DNA of 64,000 nt from Albugo candida (taxonomy: Eukaryota), in assembly GCA_040437565.1 (NCBI GenBank), contig JBDOQK010000024.1, positions 310,001 through 374,000 on the forward strand, read 5' to 3'. The notes beneath the pieces are model-generated. The model did not search any database, was not told the origin of the DNA, and saw nothing but the letters and a program-made list of their open reading frames with translations. Of the stretch, positions 60,451 to 64,000 are shown one piece after another (position 1 is the first letter of the stretch; each line of letters opens with the position of its first letter). Position numbers and translations under genes: made by a program.

Positions 60451-61848
60451 ATGAGTCAATTCGTTCGTGCGAGCAAGTTTCGTCATGTGTACTTTGAGCC
60501 CGCAAAGCTCGAAAAGTGTTACACAAATCTTCGCTTATCGACGACAACAGGCGAGCAGAATTATATTAAAGGCAATACAAAGTTTTTTGCGGTAGCGATT
60601 CAAACTGGCGGGGGTGCAATGGCAGTGGTTCCGTATGAATGCTATGGAAAAATAGATCCTGATTTCCCGCTGATTTCGGGTCATCGGGGTGCAATTTTGG
60701 ACTTTGATTTCAATCCCTTCCATGAGCATCTACTCGCTTCGGCATCCGAAGATACTACGATCAAGATTTGGGGTGTGCCGGAAGGCGGTGTGACGGAAAC
60801 CTGCTCGGAACCACTTGTGGATCTCACGGGTCATGGACGTAAAGTAACTCTCATTCACTTTCATCCAACCGCGAATAATATTCTGGCAAGTACTTCAGCA
60901 GACTTTACTGTTCGTTTGTGGGATATTGAAAAATCGAGTGAGGTGGTATCCATGCAATTTATTGGAGACAATTTGTATCATGACATTGCGTGGAACTGGA
61001 CAGGTTCAGTGCTGGCCACTTCGTGCAAAGATAAAGTGATTCGATTATTTGATGCGCGTTCTGGTCAACTTGCAGCACAAAAGGAAAACGCACACAATGG
61101 CTCGAAAAGCTGTAAGATTACCTATCTGGGCAATAAAGATACCTTTGTATCAGTAGGATTCACACGCACGAGTCAACGCGAATTTAAAGTGTGGGATCCG
61201 CGGAATTTGAGTAAAGAATTGAAAAAAGTGGATCTCGATCAAGCTGCAGGTGCCATCATGCCCTTTTACGATCCCGATACGAACCTTCTTTACTTGTGTG
61301 GCAAAGGAGACGGAAATGTGCGTTATTATGAGATGTCAGCAGGGGAACCATTCGCTTTTCCAATCAGTGAGTATCGCACTTCAACAGCAGCACAAGGAAT
61401 GGCGATGCTACCAAAACGAGCTTGCGATGTCATGAAATGTGAAACTGCACGTTTCCTCAAACTCACACCCAACTTAGTGGAACCTTTGCATGTGTATGTG
61501 CCTAGAAAATCAGACGCGTTCCAGGAAGACATATTTCCTGATACGTACGCAGGAATTCCGTCCATGACAGCGGATGAATGGATGGATGATGCGGATAATG
61601 CGCCAGTATTGATCTCCTTGCGCCCGGAAATGCACGGAAAGATCACTTTTGATGGAAAACGAGCAAAAACGACTCCTTCAACAAACACACGTACAACTCG
61701 TGTCACTCGTGCAACTTCTTCGGCTCGTCGAATGAGTAAAAATGATGATGGTCCTCCTGAAGTGAAGTTGCAAAAGGCTTTAGACACAGCAAACGCGCGA
61801 ATCATAGAGCTGGAAGCGAAATTAAAAGCGCATGGAATCTCGTACTGA
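60451..61848 (+). CDS. CORO: Coronin (WD40 actin-binding protein)
   Basis: MSQFVRASKFRHVY, WD40 repeats, GKGDGNVRYYE, VPRKSDAFQEDIFPDT, short C-terminal coiled coil. Confidence 0.97.
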   Translation: MSQFVRASKFRHVYFEPAKLEKCYTNLRLSTTTGEQNYIKGNTKFFAVAIQTGGGAMAVVPYECYGKIDPDFPLISGHRGAILDFDFNPFHEHLLASASEDTTIKIWGVPEGGVTETCSEPLVDLTGHGRKVTLIHFHPTANNILASTSADFTVRLWDIEKSSEVVSMQFIGDNLYHDIAWNWTGSVLATSCKDKVIRLFDARSGQLAAQKENAHNGSKSCKITYLGNKDTFVSVGFTRTSQREFKVWDPRNLSKELKKVDLDQAAGAIMPFYDPDTNLLYLCGKGDGNVRYYEMSAGEPFAFPISEYRTSTAAQGMAMLPKRACDVMKCETARFLKLTPNLVEPLHVYVPRKSDAFQEDIFPDTYAGIPSMTADEWMDDADNAPVLISLRPEMHGKITFDGKRAKTTPSTNTRTTRVTRATSSARRMSKNDDGPPEVKLQKALDTANARIIELEAKLKAHGISY

Positions 61849-62030
61849 GAAAGTAGTAGTTTCATGTAACTGTTGTCTTGCTGTTATAAGACGATGGCAG
61901 AGCAGTTAAACAATAGGATCTAGTTCTTCCATAACTTGAATTTGAAGGAGTATTAGTTTCGGATCTGTCCTATATTAAACTGCGTTACTGGGCGGTAAAA
62001 AACGTATCCGCCACCACAAAAAGCGGGGAC

Positions 62031-64000
62031 ATGTCGAAAGCCGCTTCATCCTATCAACGTTCCTCGTGGACGCGTCGTCGTCGTGAAAGGGCGCAGCGAG
62101 ATGAAAAGAAGCGAAAGCCGTATTCGCGTACCAGGAATCCTACCCGTCAGTACGTATCAGATCGCGGAGTGAACGAAAGCGACGAAGAAAGCTCCTTGGA
62201 ATTAGAAACCGAAAGCGGGAAAGGAAGGAAAGGATTCATCAGTACGGTTTTAAGTTATGTTCCGTTTGTCCGAAATCTTCTATATGAAGAAAGTTTCTCA
62301 GAACAAGAGGAAGACGTACGAGAAGAAGACGAAGAGGAAGAACAGGAAGAGGAAGCCCAATCTTCCATAAAAAAGAATGTCACAGATACACCAGAAAGCG
62401 TTGCTGACCAAGAATCTCACTGTTCAATCAGCCAGAACGAAGAAATTCACGATCAAGTCGAGAAGAAGCCTGTTTGCCTTGGCAACACATTCGAACGACC
62501 TGAAGAATGCTCATCCGAAAATGTTACTCCAACGATCTCAAAGACTTCTCAAAAAGCATTCGTATTTGATCGATGTCGAAAGCGCTCTCACGAGCCCAAT
62601 TTGGACGAAATTCGCAAACTCGTCAAGCAGCAAAAGACGATCACTTGGGATGAGTATGAGCGTCTGTCTCGAGATCTGAGAGCTTTAGTGCAAGACGAAA
62701 ATAGCGCCATGCCTCGACCCAAACCAAGCATGTCTGAACCCATCTTAGTCAAATCTCATCGTCAGCCTATTTTGGCCGCGTATGGAGCAAGAAATCGCTT
62801 CAAAAGACTCCGTAGCTCGCGCTTACTCACACACGGACATCGAGATGCTGCTTCACGGAACGCATATTCTACTGCCATTGCAGAAAGAGTGATGAATTGC
62901 TTACAAAAACTTGAGAGTCCGATGGAAGAAGAGCGAAAGAAACCAACAGTCGGATGCTCAGTGTCGTGGGCCAACTATCAACTGACACGAACTCAAAAGA
63001 AACTCGAGCGTGAAGCAATATCAGAGCATACGACCACTCAGCCTGAGGAAATCCCACCGACAAAAACGCTCCCAGCTATTTTTTCCATCCCAAATGCAAC
63101 GCCAACAACCGCTTTGAAACCTCCAAGTCCGGTCGTATCCGAGACCAATACCCCGATCGTTGGCGTCAAGACGCCTGAGAAAAAGATCGAGCACGCAGAA
63201 ACACATTTCAAATTCACCGCACCGGTGTCAGTGACCGACTCGACTGAGACTCAAGTCGATAGGAAGCTGAAATTCCTATTCTCTCCTCCACCCACTGAGA
63301 GACGCCCGCCCAGAAAAGCTTCATCTCAAAATGCATTCTCTGCTTTAGAAGGACCTCAACCTTTGTCATTTCTACCAGCTCTACCAAAAATGCACAGTGC
63401 GAAATTGCCTGAAGCGCCTCCAAGCAAAGCGCATACCAATTCAAATTCAATCAAAGAATCAAATCAGAAAGAAGAGCAAGCCGCAAAGAATTCACAACCA
63501 ACAAGTAGCCCATCAATCGCATTGGAGACTTCCAATCCGCTTGCCAGATTTATGAAATTGGCATCTGGTCAATGGAAATGCCCAACGTGTGCGGTCAGTA
63601 ACGCTGATGCACTCATCAAATGCCCATGTTGCGACACAGAGAACCCATCCGCAATTCAATCCAAAACGAGTGAGAAGACCGATCTCACTCCACCATCGTC
63701 GACATTCACATTTGGAGTACCTTCAAAGATGACAACGCCTTCCAATCCGACTCCAGCAAACTCCAGTCCAGATCGTATCGATTCCTTAGAGACCAGCGAA
63801 GCATTATCGCCACCCAAAGCCCCCGACTCCCTTCCATTCGTACAGTCCGCAATTTCTGCTTCGGACGCGAGCACGTCATTCAAATTTGGTATACAAGCTC
63901 CATCGACTGTATCATTTAGCGCTCCTGCTAGTAACTTCTCATTTGCGACCAAGATAGAGCCTTCAAATCCTTCGTTTTCATTCGGCATGACAACTGCTCC
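62031..64000 (+). CDS. Nup153/Nup1-like nucleoporin with a RanBP2-type zinc finger and FxFG repeats (runs off window end)
   Basis: Not in the ORF track (no stop in window). ATG 62031 gives MSKAASSYQ...KRKPY...GFISTVLSYVPFVRNLL (amphipathic helix); then WKCPTCAVSNADALIKCPCCDTENP; FKF, FTFG, FKFG, FSFG. Confidence 0.75.
   Translation, partial: MSKAASSYQRSSWTRRRRERAQRDEKKRKPYSRTRNPTRQYVSDRGVNESDEESSLELETESGKGRKGFISTVLSYVPFVRNLLYEESFSEQEEDVREEDEEEEQEEEAQSSIKKNVTDTPESVADQESHCSISQNEEIHDQVEKKPVCLGNTFERPEECSSENVTPTISKTSQKAFVFDRCRKRSHEPNLDEIRKLVKQQKTITWDEYERLSRDLRALVQDENSAMPRPKPSMSEPILVKSHRQPILAAYGARNRFKRLRSSRLLTHGHRDAASRNAYSTAIAERVMNCLQKLESPMEEERKKPTVGCSVSWANYQLTRTQKKLEREAISEHTTTQPEEIPPTKTLPAIFSIPNATPTTALKPPSPVVSETNTPIVGVKTPEKKIEHAETHFKFTAPVSVTDSTETQVDRKLKFLFSPPPTERRPPRKASSQNAFSALEGPQPLSFLPALPKMHSAKLPEAPPSKAHTNSNSIKESNQKEEQAAKNSQPTSSPSIALETSNPLARFMKLASGQWKCPTCAVSNADALIKCPCCDTENPSAIQSKTSEKTDLTPPSSTFTFGVPSKMTTPSNPTPANSSPDRIDSLETSEALSPPKAPDSLPFVQSAISASDASTSFKFGIQAPSTVSFSAPASNFSFATKIEPSNPSFSFGMTTA

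Noticed and set aside
1-64000. CRISPR arrays, prokaryotic defence systems, intact transposase/RT ORFs, and the many short antisense ORFs in the track
   Set aside because: The sequence is eukaryotic. No repeat-spacer array or transposon protein motif was seen, and the short ORFs are shadows of real genes or span N gaps.

Overview
Eukaryotic, oomycete-type genomic scaffold with short GT-AG introns (about 50-65 nt where mapped), very tight gene spacing and thirteen 100-N gaps. It also carries a CBEL-like PAN/CBM gene, an oomycete INR/FPR promoter motif and a flagellar CFAP91 gene. The compact layout suggests Albugo, but that is inference. Gene-dense housekeeping blocks hold NSUN5, a HECT E3, ABCF2, an AGC kinase, HINT, CLU1, CHMP5, an atypical Rab with a WW domain, E2F, tRNA-Ser(GCT), an SLF2/Nse6-like gene, CDC5L, a MAPKK, CBEL-like, CFAP91, RRP5, coronin and a Nup153-like nucleoporin. 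These alternate with gene-sparse islands (about 6.6-14.8 kb, 23.5-32.7 kb, 48.4-53.2 kb) of diverged duplications and decayed genes. The main discovery candidate is a family of apparently secreted proteins with a nucleoside-hydrolase-like fold but no catalytic aspartates: one intact copy and three decayed copies. One decayed copy has been rearranged into a ~200-bp-arm inverted repeat that could template hairpin RNA/siRNA. Several exact duplications across N gaps (in MAPKK, RRP5 and elsewhere) are assembly artefacts.
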